Below are positions 35,597 through 44,430 of a stretch of DNA of 64,000 bases, piece by piece. The position numbers were made by a program, and so were the translations under genes. Under the pieces are notes generated by a model, which was given only the letters and a program-made list of their open reading frames with translations, was not told where the DNA came from and did not search any database. The number at the start of each line of letters is the position of its first letter. Within the stretch, counting starts at the first letter, position 1. Origin of the DNA: a virus (taxonomy: Duplodnaviria; Heunggongvirae; Uroviricota; Caudoviricetes); IMG/VR virus record IMGVR_UViG_3300037454_000941, positions 74,063-138,062 of that record; one strand, written 5' to 3'.

Positions 35597-37576
35597 ATGG
35601 AACTGATGTATAAATGCGCTATATGTGGGCAGGAATATGGGTTAAATGGGTTTACTAACCATATTCAGCGTACACATAAGATAAAATATCAAGCGTATTA
35701 TGATACCTACGTTGATAAAGCCGAACATTTATGCCCTATTTGCGGGAATAAATGTGCGTTCACGAATTATGCCGGGTATAGAGATACTTGCGGGAATCCC
35801 ACGTGTGTTCGAAAATTACAACATATACACATGAAGGAAAAATATGGGAAATCATGCTGTCGCCCGGAAAAACGCAGAAGCCGCGAGGTTTCTGTAATCG
35901 AATATAAGTTTCACTGCGAATTATGCGGTAGAGGATTTTTGCATAAGAACAAATTGAATGCACACTTAAATAAATTTCACCCATTAGTATCTATTGAGGA
36001 ATATTACAACAAGTATTTTGGCGTGAATGTTGAATATTGTGAAGTTTGTGGGAAAAAAGCCTTATGGAAAGGTGTTCGTTATCATAATACATGCGGTTCA
36101 TCGGAATGTACCGCAAAATTGCGTAGTCAGCACAATGCGATGCATAATCCGGAATATCGCAAGAAAGCTATTGATGGCCAGTTGAATATGAGTGCGGAGC
36201 AGAAGCGGGCTAAGAAAGATAAAATGGAAGCAACCTGTTTGAAAAAATTTGGTGTAAGGCATAATTGGCAATCACCTGAGTGTCGGGAAAAATGTAATAG
36301 TACCAATCTGGCAAAATATGGAACAATGAATATGTTTCGTTGTCCTAAAGCGATACAGACACTTTCGACAAAGTATGGGGTTACCCATTTTTCACATTCG
36401 TCTGAATTTGCGAAACGGCGAAAAAAGAAATATATCCAGGGTGGGCATGGATTTGATAGTAGAGATGAGATAAATTTGTTTAATTTTGCTACTATCTGCG
36501 ACATGACGGTTGTATTACATCCGGATACTCGGTTTACATATGTTTTTAAGGGAAAGACTCATTATTATGAACCTGATTTTGCAATCGATGACCGGTTTTA
36601 TGAAGTGAAAGGTAAACAATTCTTTAAGGATAAGGATGAATCTAAGGAAATGGTGAATCCGTATGACCATTCCATGGATGATTTGTACGAGGCTAAGCAT
36701 CAATGTATGCTCAGTAATGGTGTGCATATAGTTACTGACACTTCCCTATTTGGGTTGATAAAAGAATTTTATGGTATTGAGCTTAGCGAAGAGAAGGTCT
36801 TTTCGATATGTTTTGGAAGTGCGTTTCCGGGCACCGGTAAGTGGCCGGCGAATCATCCGATATGGGATTGTTTTGTGCCTGGACATAAAACGCCCCGAGA
36901 TGCTTGGACTGATGAGCAGATTTTTAGAAGTGCGGTGCGAAATTTATTGACGATTACCATGGATAGCATTTCCCGAAATAAGTATCATGGGTTCTGTAGA
37001 CGACATATAGAGGCTCTTGTTAATGCTGAACATGATATAAACCCATTAGCTCAACTGATTCTAAACCGATTTACTGTCGCAAAATTAGCCCCCAAGGTTA
37101 CTGCATTGAGAGCATCTGAATTGTTGAAAATTATAGAGGGTGCTGGTGTAAGTTTAGCAAATGGAGTGTATTGCCCGATGGCTGGATTTGGTGGTATTGT
37201 TGAAGGCGCTCGCCAATGGTTCACTAGGCGTAATTTAAGCCCGAATATAGAGGCATATGATATCAATATGAATTTCTGTACATGGTATGGTTGGGTTCAG
37301 CGTGATGTAATGGCTCAGGTTGTAACAACTGATAAAACGGTTATAGTATGCCCACCATTTGGTAAGCAATACGAGCACTGGAAGGGAACGCCCGATGAAA
37401 TGTCGGATATCACTTTCCTTGAGTGGGTTGATATCATTAAGGAACATGTGAAAGCTCCTAATTACATTTTTATAGGCCCGGAAACCGATAAACCTAAGTC
37501 AGCATGTGGGTTATTTGCTAGAAAAGTTGGAATTGCGTTGTATAAGGAGAATAGCGATGAACTACAGCAAGATTGA
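35597..37576 (+). CDS. Zinc-finger / PD-(D/E)xK endonuclease / DNA-methyltransferase-like fusion (homing-endonuclease-like insertion)
   Basis: Two C2H2+CxxC modules, KYGV-type repeats, YEPDF...FYEVKG nuclease motif, then YCPMAGFGG (SAM motif I-like), EAYDIN and VCPPF (motif IV-like). Visibly AT-richer than its flanks. Confidence 0.7.
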   Translation: MELMYKCAICGQEYGLNGFTNHIQRTHKIKYQAYYDTYVDKAEHLCPICGNKCAFTNYAGYRDTCGNPTCVRKLQHIHMKEKYGKSCCRPEKRRSREVSVIEYKFHCELCGRGFLHKNKLNAHLNKFHPLVSIEEYYNKYFGVNVEYCEVCGKKALWKGVRYHNTCGSSECTAKLRSQHNAMHNPEYRKKAIDGQLNMSAEQKRAKKDKMEATCLKKFGVRHNWQSPECREKCNSTNLAKYGTMNMFRCPKAIQTLSTKYGVTHFSHSSEFAKRRKKKYIQGGHGFDSRDEINLFNFATICDMTVVLHPDTRFTYVFKGKTHYYEPDFAIDDRFYEVKGKQFFKDKDESKEMVNPYDHSMDDLYEAKHQCMLSNGVHIVTDTSLFGLIKEFYGIELSEEKVFSICFGSAFPGTGKWPANHPIWDCFVPGHKTPRDAWTDEQIFRSAVRNLLTITMDSISRNKYHGFCRRHIEALVNAEHDINPLAQLILNRFTVAKLAPKVTALRASELLKIIEGAGVSLANGVYCPMAGFGGIVEGARQWFTRRNLSPNIEAYDINMNFCTWYGWVQRDVMAQVVTTDKTVIVCPPFGKQYEHWKGTPDEMSDITFLEWVDIIKEHVKAPNYIFIGPETDKPKSACGLFARKVGIALYKENSDELQQD

Positions 37577-38135
37577 TCCGATGTCAATAGTCGATGGGGA
37601 AGGCCTTCGGGTCTCCCTCTTCGTCTCCGGTTGTCGCAATCACTGCAAGGGTTGCTTTAATCCAGAGACCTGGGACTTTTCCTATGGCAAGGAATTCGAT
37701 GCTATTGCCCAGTATGAGGTAATCGAGGCATGCAGGCCCTCCTATATAGCGGGGCTGACCATTTTGGGCGGGGAGCCCTTTGAGGCCGAGAACCAGCGTG
37801 ACCTCATGCCGTTTGTTTGCCGATTTAAGGATGATCTTCCGCAGAAGACATTGTGGATGTTCACTGGATATATTCTGGACAAGGATCTCCTGCCGGGGCA
37901 GCGCAAGTATGACCACATCTTTACGCCCGGTATCCTTGATAAGGTGGATGTTCTTGTTGACGGTCCGTTCATACAGGAACAACGGGACCTGTCCCTGCGA
38001 TTCCGCGGTAGTTCGAACCAGCGACTTTTGACGAGAGAGGATATACAGCGGATCCGGTCTACCGGAGTTTCTGTACGATCTCTGCAATCTTTTGATGCAC
38101 CTCGGGGGGACACGGGATGTTTTCCAGTTCATTGA
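37557..38135 (+). CDS. nrdG: Anaerobic RNR-activating radical SAM protein
   Basis: DGEGLRVSLFVSGCRNHCKGCFNPETW (CxxxCxxC), GLTILGGEP, DVLVDGPF, FRGSSNQR; SD AAGGAG before ATG 37557. Confidence 0.95.
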   Translation: MNYSKIDPMSIVDGEGLRVSLFVSGCRNHCKGCFNPETWDFSYGKEFDAIAQYEVIEACRPSYIAGLTILGGEPFEAENQRDLMPFVCRFKDDLPQKTLWMFTGYILDKDLLPGQRKYDHIFTPGILDKVDVLVDGPFIQEQRDLSLRFRGSSNQRLLTREDIQRIRSTGVSVRSLQSFDAPRGDTGCFPVH

Positions 38136-38508
38136 GTGCATCGTTTAGTTTGAAGGCTGACGATTTCCCGTACATCGTACTCTCGACGTAGGCCTGGTGT
38201 TTCGCCTTGATGGATTCATACATGTCCATTGGGCTGGTAATCGACACTTGGGTCAAGCTGTTGTCACCGAAGGCCATCATGAGGTTTGATGGCCTCGCGA
38301 CTCCGTTCATGACCGAGATGGTCAGCTCCAACTGCCCACACAGGGTCCCCGCCGCATATTCTCCCTTGATGACGTAGTATTCGGTGTTGGCAACTCGATT
38401 CTGGAGGGTCGGCTGCTCGAGAGCGATGTCGGTAGTGGATTCCGTAATGAAAGTCAATGCCTCGACCAGTTTTTGCCGAATGGCCGCCGCTAGTTCTTCC
38501 TTGGTCAT
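38059..38508 (-). CDS. Hypothetical protein
   Basis: 149-aa ORF with SD AAAGGA, convergent with nrdG. Confidence 0.65.
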   Translation of the reverse strand: MTKEELAAAIRQKLVEALTFITESTTDIALEQPTLQNRVANTEYYVIKGEYAAGTLCGQLELTISVMNGVARPSNLMMAFGDNSLTQVSITSPMDMYESIKAKHQAYVESTMYGKSSAFKLNDALNELENIPCPPEVHQKIAEIVQKLR

Positions 38509-38592
38509 ATTTTTCGTTCCTTTTTCACAAAACTATCTTTAAATGTAGTTTAAAAGTGGAAGTTGCATAAACCACGAAAAAGAGGATTGCTA

Positions 38593-39153
38593 ATGCGCTC
38601 TCGTGACGAAATCAAGAGTTTTTTGCGTGGCCCGCAGAAGGATGTTTTGGGTGAAAGGGCAATGGAGTTTGCCAAGTTCGCCCATGATGGGCAGCGTGAC
38701 AGGGGAGGTCATCCATATATTGGGCATATTGAGCGGGTTTCCGAACGTGCCAAAGAGGTATACGCCGATCCGATACTTACCGCGATCGCGATTCTCCATG
38801 ACACCGTTGAAGATGGGGGCTTTACCATATCCGACCTCATGATGTTTTTCCCCGAAGTAGTATGGAAGGTCGTTTCCCTCCTCACGAGGGGAAAGACTGT
38901 GCCGCGCGACAAGTACATCGAGGCGATTGCAGGAAACTATCTGGCCGCCCGCGTCAAGATATGCGACTTGGAGGACAATATCGACATAACTCGCATATCG
39001 AATCCATCGCCAAAGGATTATGAGCGGAGAGATCGGTACTTGGCTGAATATCGCATCCTGCAGGATTCTATCATCGACTGGGAGCGGAGGCTGCCTAAGA
39101 AGGACCTGGAAACGGAAACGTACGCCGCCTGTTACCTGTCAACTCTTTTGTGA
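38593..39153 (+). CDS. Stand-alone RelA/SpoT-type HD hydrolase (small alarmone hydrolase/Mesh1-like)
   Basis: FAKFAHDGQRDRGGHPYIGH, AILHDTVED, VSLLTR, RVKICDLEDN. Confidence 0.85.
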   Translation: MRSRDEIKSFLRGPQKDVLGERAMEFAKFAHDGQRDRGGHPYIGHIERVSERAKEVYADPILTAIAILHDTVEDGGFTISDLMMFFPEVVWKVVSLLTRGKTVPRDKYIEAIAGNYLAARVKICDLEDNIDITRISNPSPKDYERRDRYLAEYRILQDSIIDWERRLPKKDLETETYAACYLSTLL

Positions 39154-39171
39154 ATGTACACAAAAGTTTAC

Positions 39172-39199
39172 AAAAATGCCGCATCATGCGGCATTTTGT
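39172..39199. terminator. Bidirectional terminator between convergent genes
   Basis: AAAATGCCGCA-TCA-TGCGGCATTTT. Confidence 0.75.
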
Positions 39200-39832
39200 T
39201 CATTTTTGGGGAGTGTTTGGCCGGTCGGTGGCGGCCATGATAATCGTCTTGACCACCCTAATGCAGTCTTCCTTGGGAAGCGCGGCGTATCCTTTCTTGG
39301 ACATGTATCGGGAAATGGCCTCGGCGACATTCTTTGTCATGTCACCCGCAGTTGGCGGCTTTGCACCCGATTGCTGCTTCATCTGTTGAGCCACGACGCG
39401 GATTTTCTCGGGATACCCCACCGATATGAGCTCCTTGATTAACGCATCTGCACTCACGGAAGATGCTTCGGGCTGCTGATTTACCTGTTCGGGGCCGATG
39501 ACTGGTTCCTGGGTGTTCGGTTCTGCAGTCGCCGGCTGTTCCTGGGTGGGTTCTGGCTGGGTTGACATATCGGAATCAGTTGATTCGATGTCCCCCGCTT
39601 CCAGCTGTTGCCCGAGTTCGGCAAGTTCGGCAAGTTCGGCATCCTCATCCCACCCGGCATCATCTGGCTCGGCACTTTTATCATCATGATCGGCGGATGG
39701 GTCCTGCGTGGTGGGTTCGCCCTCGGCATCTTCAAGCATGAATTTGCATGCGGAAGATGCGGACTCGTAGAGGAATCTGGCGGTTCCGGAAGATATTCGG
39801 GCAAATTCGTTCAGACGGTCGGAAAGTTGCAT
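39200..39832 (-). CDS. Acidic hypothetical protein, possibly head-internal (late)
   Basis: SD GAGGTG before ATG 39832; TATAAAC on the minus strand at 39852-39858; early FLYES and FMLED motifs. Confidence 0.65.
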   Translation of the reverse strand: MQLSDRLNEFARISSGTARFLYESASSACKFMLEDAEGEPTTQDPSADHDDKSAEPDDAGWDEDAELAELAELGQQLEAGDIESTDSDMSTQPEPTQEQPATAEPNTQEPVIGPEQVNQQPEASSVSADALIKELISVGYPEKIRVVAQQMKQQSGAKPPTAGDMTKNVAEAISRYMSKKGYAALPKEDCIRVVKTIIMAATDRPNTPQK

Positions 39833-39912
39833 AGATGACACCTCGGACAATGTTTATATCCTGGGGCGGGCACATCGACCACCTTTAGCTGGTGAGGTCA
39901 ACTACCCACCGT

Positions 39913-41127
39913 CTAAAGAACGGTGGGCTTGAGGGAGCCCCGGTTTCCCGGTAGTTCCCTCGATTGGCCAGTTGACGGTGGCCTGCCAAGTAGATTCAGC
40001 TTGCCATATATGGGCATAGTGAATGTACTTGGGTGGTAACGGCTAGCTATATTGATGCTCGCATTCCAGTCGGCATCAAGTACCAAGCCGTCGGCAGCAT
40101 AGTAGCGGGTACCCAGCCTCTCGCCATTAGGCAATCCTCGACAGTCGAGTTGGGAAGTGTAGGCCGGTTCAACTGTTGCCACCCGTTTCCCCACGAGTGG
40201 TGCCTTATACTCCAACACCGTCTGGAGTTGCCTTAAAGCAACCTGGCCAAACCGGTTGTTGTGCCGTTTTCTCTTGATTTCTTTATTCTCACCACTTCCG
40301 TTATTTATTTTCTTCCTGGAAGTGGTTTTCTTAATCTTGGTTAAATCTTCAAGGACGATGATTCCTTCTGGCTTTGATAGAATGTAGTTGGCTACTCGGT
40401 AAGTGTAGTCCTTTGACATTCTAGCTTCCTTTCGGTGAAGTTTCTTCAGGTGCCTATTGGCATTCTTTGTTCTCTTGGATGCCAGACATCTTTTCAAGTA
40501 CCGGATTTGCCGTCTACGCTTGTTGAAATCCTTGTCGGAAATGGCCGTTCCGTCCGAACACGTAATCAGCCGCTTGATACCACGGTCTATACCTAGAACA
40601 TCTTCATTTACCACGGATAGCTCCGGTGTCTCGAACTGTACGGTCAACCAGAACTGGTTATCCCGGTAGAACATGTTGCAGTTCTTTGCATTGTAATTGT
40701 CGAACATGTACTGGATAAGCGGATAAGTATCGAATGTACACTGGACTTTCTTGAAACCAGGAACTGTGATATTCACTGAATGGTCGGTCAATTTGCTGTA
40801 AAGCCGCTTATCCAATGTCATCGACAGATTTCGCTTCTTCGGTGTGTTGAATTTTTCCTTGGTCTGTAGACACGTCTTCCAGCTGGCAACGACTTCCTGT
40901 ATTACCTTACAGACCATCTGGCTGCTGAGTGTAGGGTACTGTTTCCTGATATCGTAGTAGAACTTGTAATGCACGTCATACCGGGACATCGGGTGTTCCC
41001 TGAACCCAGTCGTTTCCAGCAAGGCGGATACATAGCCATAGCAGTCCACCTCTGTCTTGAGGCAGTCCAGCATGGCCTGTTCGGTCTCCTTGCTCGGAAA
41101 GTTCAGCTTGACGTTGTAGCTCAGCAT
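39913..41127 (-). CDS. tnpB: RNA-guided nuclease TnpB
   Basis: RuvC triad GIDRG / VLEDL / LDADWNASINIA; Zn-finger cysteines largely lost; stop codon lies inside the right-end hairpin. Confidence 0.9.
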   Translation of the reverse strand: MLSYNVKLNFPSKETEQAMLDCLKTEVDCYGYVSALLETTGFREHPMSRYDVHYKFYYDIRKQYPTLSSQMVCKVIQEVVASWKTCLQTKEKFNTPKKRNLSMTLDKRLYSKLTDHSVNITVPGFKKVQCTFDTYPLIQYMFDNYNAKNCNMFYRDNQFWLTVQFETPELSVVNEDVLGIDRGIKRLITCSDGTAISDKDFNKRRRQIRYLKRCLASKRTKNANRHLKKLHRKEARMSKDYTYRVANYILSKPEGIIVLEDLTKIKKTTSRKKINNGSGENKEIKRKRHNNRFGQVALRQLQTVLEYKAPLVGKRVATVEPAYTSQLDCRGLPNGERLGTRYYAADGLVLDADWNASINIASRYHPSTFTMPIYGKLNLLGRPPSTGQSRELPGNRGSLKPTVL

Positions 41128-41138
41128 AAAAATAAAGC

Positions 41139-41227
41139 CCTCGGTATATGCCTATTGTGGTTGGCGGTCATATACCGAGGACCGAAATTCCTGTTCAGTA
41201 TATGCAAGGCCAACCACGAACTTGCAT
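41139..41227 (-). ncRNA. Putative structured 5' leader: two hairpins with complementary loops
   Basis: Stem 41139-41150/41169-41180 (12 bp) and stem 41202-41208/41221-41227 (7 bp). The loops carry GTGGTTGGC (41157-41165) and its exact complement GCCAACCAC (41209-41217). Confidence 0.6.
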
Positions 41228-41252
41228 CATACCATAAGTTTATATATTCATC

Positions 41253-41441
41253 CTACCATAACGCGAGTGTCGGGTCGGTTATAAAGCCATTTTGCGTTAT
41301 GTCCACTACTTCATCTAAATATGTACATTTATCCAAATCATAGTACGCTATTTTACCACAATCGTGCATGATGGTAACAAATAGATTAGGCTCATATCCA
41401 AATATTTTTTTGTATTTCGCTTTATATGTTACGACATCCAT
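41253..41441 (-). CDS. Small hypothetical cargo protein with its own sigma70 promoter
   Basis: 62 aa; TTGACA (41472-41477)-N17-TATATT (41449-41454) on the minus strand, 7 nt before the ATG. Confidence 0.55.
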   Translation of the reverse strand: MDVVTYKAKYKKIFGYEPNLFVTIMHDCGKIAYYDLDKCTYLDEVVDITQNGFITDPTLALW

Positions 41442-41619
41442 ATACGATAATATACTATATTAGTTGCCGTATGTCAATCAAATTGCTATATTTATGTACA
41501 AGGAGGGCGCAATTCCTCTCACCCACTGAAGATGGGTGAGTTTCCTTGCGCTAGTTTTATGAAAGCCTTTCCATAATTCGGAACAGCCAAAATCAACATT
41601 TTTGCTATATTTTACGGGT

Positions 41620-43260
41620 ATGCTTAAACTCGATCAATTTCTTGAAGAAGTTACAACCGATTTAGAAAAGCGCGGCAAGCCAAAGCCGAAGAACAATCTT
41701 GCTCCTATTGATAAGAGCAAGTTGATTCTGGTGATCAAAGACAGCGACGAGACGGATTCTCTCGATGCTGGCGAATCGGACGCCGATGAAAAGGCCGGGA
41801 CTGACAAGGAACCCGTCCCTGATGTCGATGAAAAGGCCGAAAAGAAGGATGAGGGGAAGTCAGGCCCTAAGTTATTGACCAAGGATGACCTTACCGAAGA
41901 ACAGGCCGATTCGCTGAAGTACATCCGGGAGTTCCTCGAAAGCGAGTGTCACGAAATGGTGCTCTGTGGCCCGGCGGGTACCGGTAAGACCTCGCTGGTG
42001 AACGTTCTGCTGGATGAACTGGATAAGGACAATGTGTCATATGTATGCACCGCGCCGACGAACAAGGCAGTCGAAGTGATAGCCAAGCGTACGGGGCGTC
42101 CGTTCGACCGTACGATTTATTCCCTATGCGGTCTGAAACTGGTGGATATTGATGACACTGAACCGCACCTGGAACGCGAGGGCGAGTCGAAACTTAAGGA
42201 GCAGGATGTTGTCATCATCGACGAGGCGTCGATGGTGGGTACCGAGCTACTCACGAACATAGAGGGGGACCTGATAGAGCATTCTTATGTCAAGGTGATC
42301 TACGTGGGTGACCCATGCCAGATTCCGTCGGTGGAGGATAGCAACGCTGGGTTGTTGCAGTCGCCCGTATTCAACCTGAAATATGGCACCATGCTATCTA
42401 AAGTGATGAGGACGGCTTTGGACAACCCCATCATGAAGACCGTTACGGCGATGAGGGAGACCATCACCCAGCCGGGCGATAACTTCGAGCACGTTACTGA
42501 GGTTGGTGAGGCCGGCGGCATATACTTCTACAGTGAGCGCAATGAGTTCATGGATGCGGTTATCAGGTATTTCACGACGAACGAGTATGCCGAGGATTCA
42601 GACTATGCCCTTGTTGTCGCATATCACAACAAGGCGGTGGATGCGCTCAACCAGGTAGTAAGGAAATACCGGTATCCGGGGGTAACCGCGGAATACACCG
42701 TGGGCGAAGAATTGCGTGTCGCGAGGCCGTTCAGGAAGTTGACCGCGGTCAAGAAGGGGCGCAAGACGTTCTATGACGATGTAAGCGTATATTCCATGGA
42801 AGAGCGTGTGAAGGTGGTCGCAGTGGAGGATATGCCCGATGGGGATCCGGAATACCATATCGGCTGCTACAAGCTGACAGTGGTAAATTTCAGGGCATCC
42901 ACCGGGCACCGTAAGCAGACTACTGCATACGTGGTCAAGAAGTCGGAAGAAGAACACCTCAAGCGGCTGAAGGCGGAATTGGCGATAGAGTGCCGTGCCC
43001 GGGCGAACGAGCTTGGGCAGATGGGGCGGCACAAGTACACCAAGAGGGAGGCCTGGGAACCATATAACAAGATGAAGAACTATTTCTTGTATGTGGGGTA
43101 TATCTATGCACTTACGGCATACAAGGCCCAGGGTACCACGGTGCAGAATGCCTTCGTCGTGGAACGTGACATGAATATGTGTTCTGACATCATTTTGCGG
43201 AATAAGTTGAAATATACGGCTTTTACCCGAGCCGCCAAGGAGCTGCACGTATTGTGCTAG
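41620..43260 (+). CDS. dda: SF1B DNA helicase (T4 Dda/RecD2-like) with acidic N-terminal extension
   Basis: GPAGTGKT, APTNKA, IIDEASMV, VGDPCQ, YALTAYKAQG, KYTAFTRA. Confidence 0.88.
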   Translation: MLKLDQFLEEVTTDLEKRGKPKPKNNLAPIDKSKLILVIKDSDETDSLDAGESDADEKAGTDKEPVPDVDEKAEKKDEGKSGPKLLTKDDLTEEQADSLKYIREFLESECHEMVLCGPAGTGKTSLVNVLLDELDKDNVSYVCTAPTNKAVEVIAKRTGRPFDRTIYSLCGLKLVDIDDTEPHLEREGESKLKEQDVVIIDEASMVGTELLTNIEGDLIEHSYVKVIYVGDPCQIPSVEDSNAGLLQSPVFNLKYGTMLSKVMRTALDNPIMKTVTAMRETITQPGDNFEHVTEVGEAGGIYFYSERNEFMDAVIRYFTTNEYAEDSDYALVVAYHNKAVDALNQVVRKYRYPGVTAEYTVGEELRVARPFRKLTAVKKGRKTFYDDVSVYSMEERVKVVAVEDMPDGDPEYHIGCYKLTVVNFRASTGHRKQTTAYVVKKSEEEHLKRLKAELAIECRARANELGQMGRHKYTKREAWEPYNKMKNYFLYVGYIYALTAYKAQGTTVQNAFVVERDMNMCSDIILRNKLKYTAFTRAAKELHVLC

Positions 43261-43318
43261 TTGCCAGCCGTATATCTCTTTGCTATGTTTAGTATTGGTA
43301 GGGAAAAGGAGTCAAATA

Positions 43319-43504
43319 ATGATTACTCATGCAAGGTTCAAGGATATCGCGGAAGTTGACAAGTTCTTGAATAAGGCCGGGCTGCGGCTCGACGAGGTGC
43401 AGATTACCCACACGGTTAACCGTGGCGGCGGGTTCTATATGGTATTCTATGACGATCCCGAAGCGGACGCCAAGACTAAACAATCAAAGGAAAAGGACAA
43501 ATGA
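43319..43504 (+). CDS. Small hypothetical protein
   Basis: 61 aa with SD AGGAG; overlaps the start of the next gene. Confidence 0.6.
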   Translation: MITHARFKDIAEVDKFLNKAGLRLDEVQITHTVNRGGGFYMVFYDDPEADAKTKQSKEKDK

Positions 43505-44319
43505 CGATTTCAACAAAAATCAAAACCATTACCCCTGAATACGCCAAGACGCTTTTGGAAAATACCAAGGTGGCCGGTGTACTCAATCGCAAACTTAACC
43601 ATCGCGTCGTGACCGAGTACGCGAAGGAAATGCTGGCCAGTCGCTGGAAGTTGAACAGCGAGTCCATCAAGCTGGACGAGGACGGGCTCATCCTTGATGG
43701 GCAGCATCGCCTCATGGCTTGTATCGAGGCAAAGGTTCCGTTCCAGACGCTGATGGCCTGCAATGTTCCGCGCGATACGTTCGATACCATCGACTGTGGC
43801 CGTGTCCGGACTGGGACGCAGGTGCTCCAGATGTCCGGGGTACAGTATCATACCGTGATTACGGGCATCATTAACGGACTGGTCGAGTTCCGCAGCTACG
43901 GGCATATGGCGTCGAAGGAGCGCCACCTCACGCCCTCCGCCGTGCTCGAAGAATACAATGCCCACCCGGATAAGTATGATGAGGCCGCCCGTGTAGCCAT
44001 GCGTTGTATCGCGAATGGCCACTTGATGACGGCCAAGGTCGTGGGCACGCTCTACTATGCTCTCGTCAATGACATTGGCGCGAACAAGGAAAAGGTTGAG
44101 GAATTCTTTGCCGGCATCAACTCGTTCGAGTCATCCGAAAACCAGGCAATCAACAAGATGCGCCGTTGGAACTGTGAACACCGTGACCGCAAGGTGTCGA
44201 ACAAGCTCCGTGTCGCGTATATCATCAAGTCCTGGAACGCGTTCGTGACCAATTCGAAGCCGCCGCGTTTTAGTGAAAACGATGACGAACCTATGCCGTC
44301 TTTCGTGAAGAATGCCTAA
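43501..44319 (+). CDS. ParB/Srx-like (DGQHR) domain protein
   Basis: NRKL...V.EYA.EM...RW......I.LD..G.ILDGQHRLMAC. Confidence 0.8.
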   Translation: MTISTKIKTITPEYAKTLLENTKVAGVLNRKLNHRVVTEYAKEMLASRWKLNSESIKLDEDGLILDGQHRLMACIEAKVPFQTLMACNVPRDTFDTIDCGRVRTGTQVLQMSGVQYHTVITGIINGLVEFRSYGHMASKERHLTPSAVLEEYNAHPDKYDEAARVAMRCIANGHLMTAKVVGTLYYALVNDIGANKEKVEEFFAGINSFESSENQAINKMRRWNCEHRDRKVSNKLRVAYIIKSWNAFVTNSKPPRFSENDDEPMPSFVKNA

Positions 44320-44430
44320 TCGCTCGAAAAAGAACGGTTGCTATGGGCTACCGGGGTTAACCGATGCGTTGGCCCCGGTAGTTTTGTCCGTGAAGTCCAA
44401 TTCTATAATATTCAATGTGGAGAGACGCTG

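Larger units (their letters stand above)
39897..41555 (-). mobile_element. Non-autonomous IS200/IS605-family element (tnpB plus small cargo ORF, no tnpA)
   Basis: Right-end hairpin CCCACCGT-CTAAAGA-ACGGTGGG (39905-39927) ending ...GTAGTTGAC on the minus strand. Left-end hairpin CTCACCCA-CTGAAGA-TGGGTGAG (41518-41540). Left boundary approximate. Confidence 0.75.
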
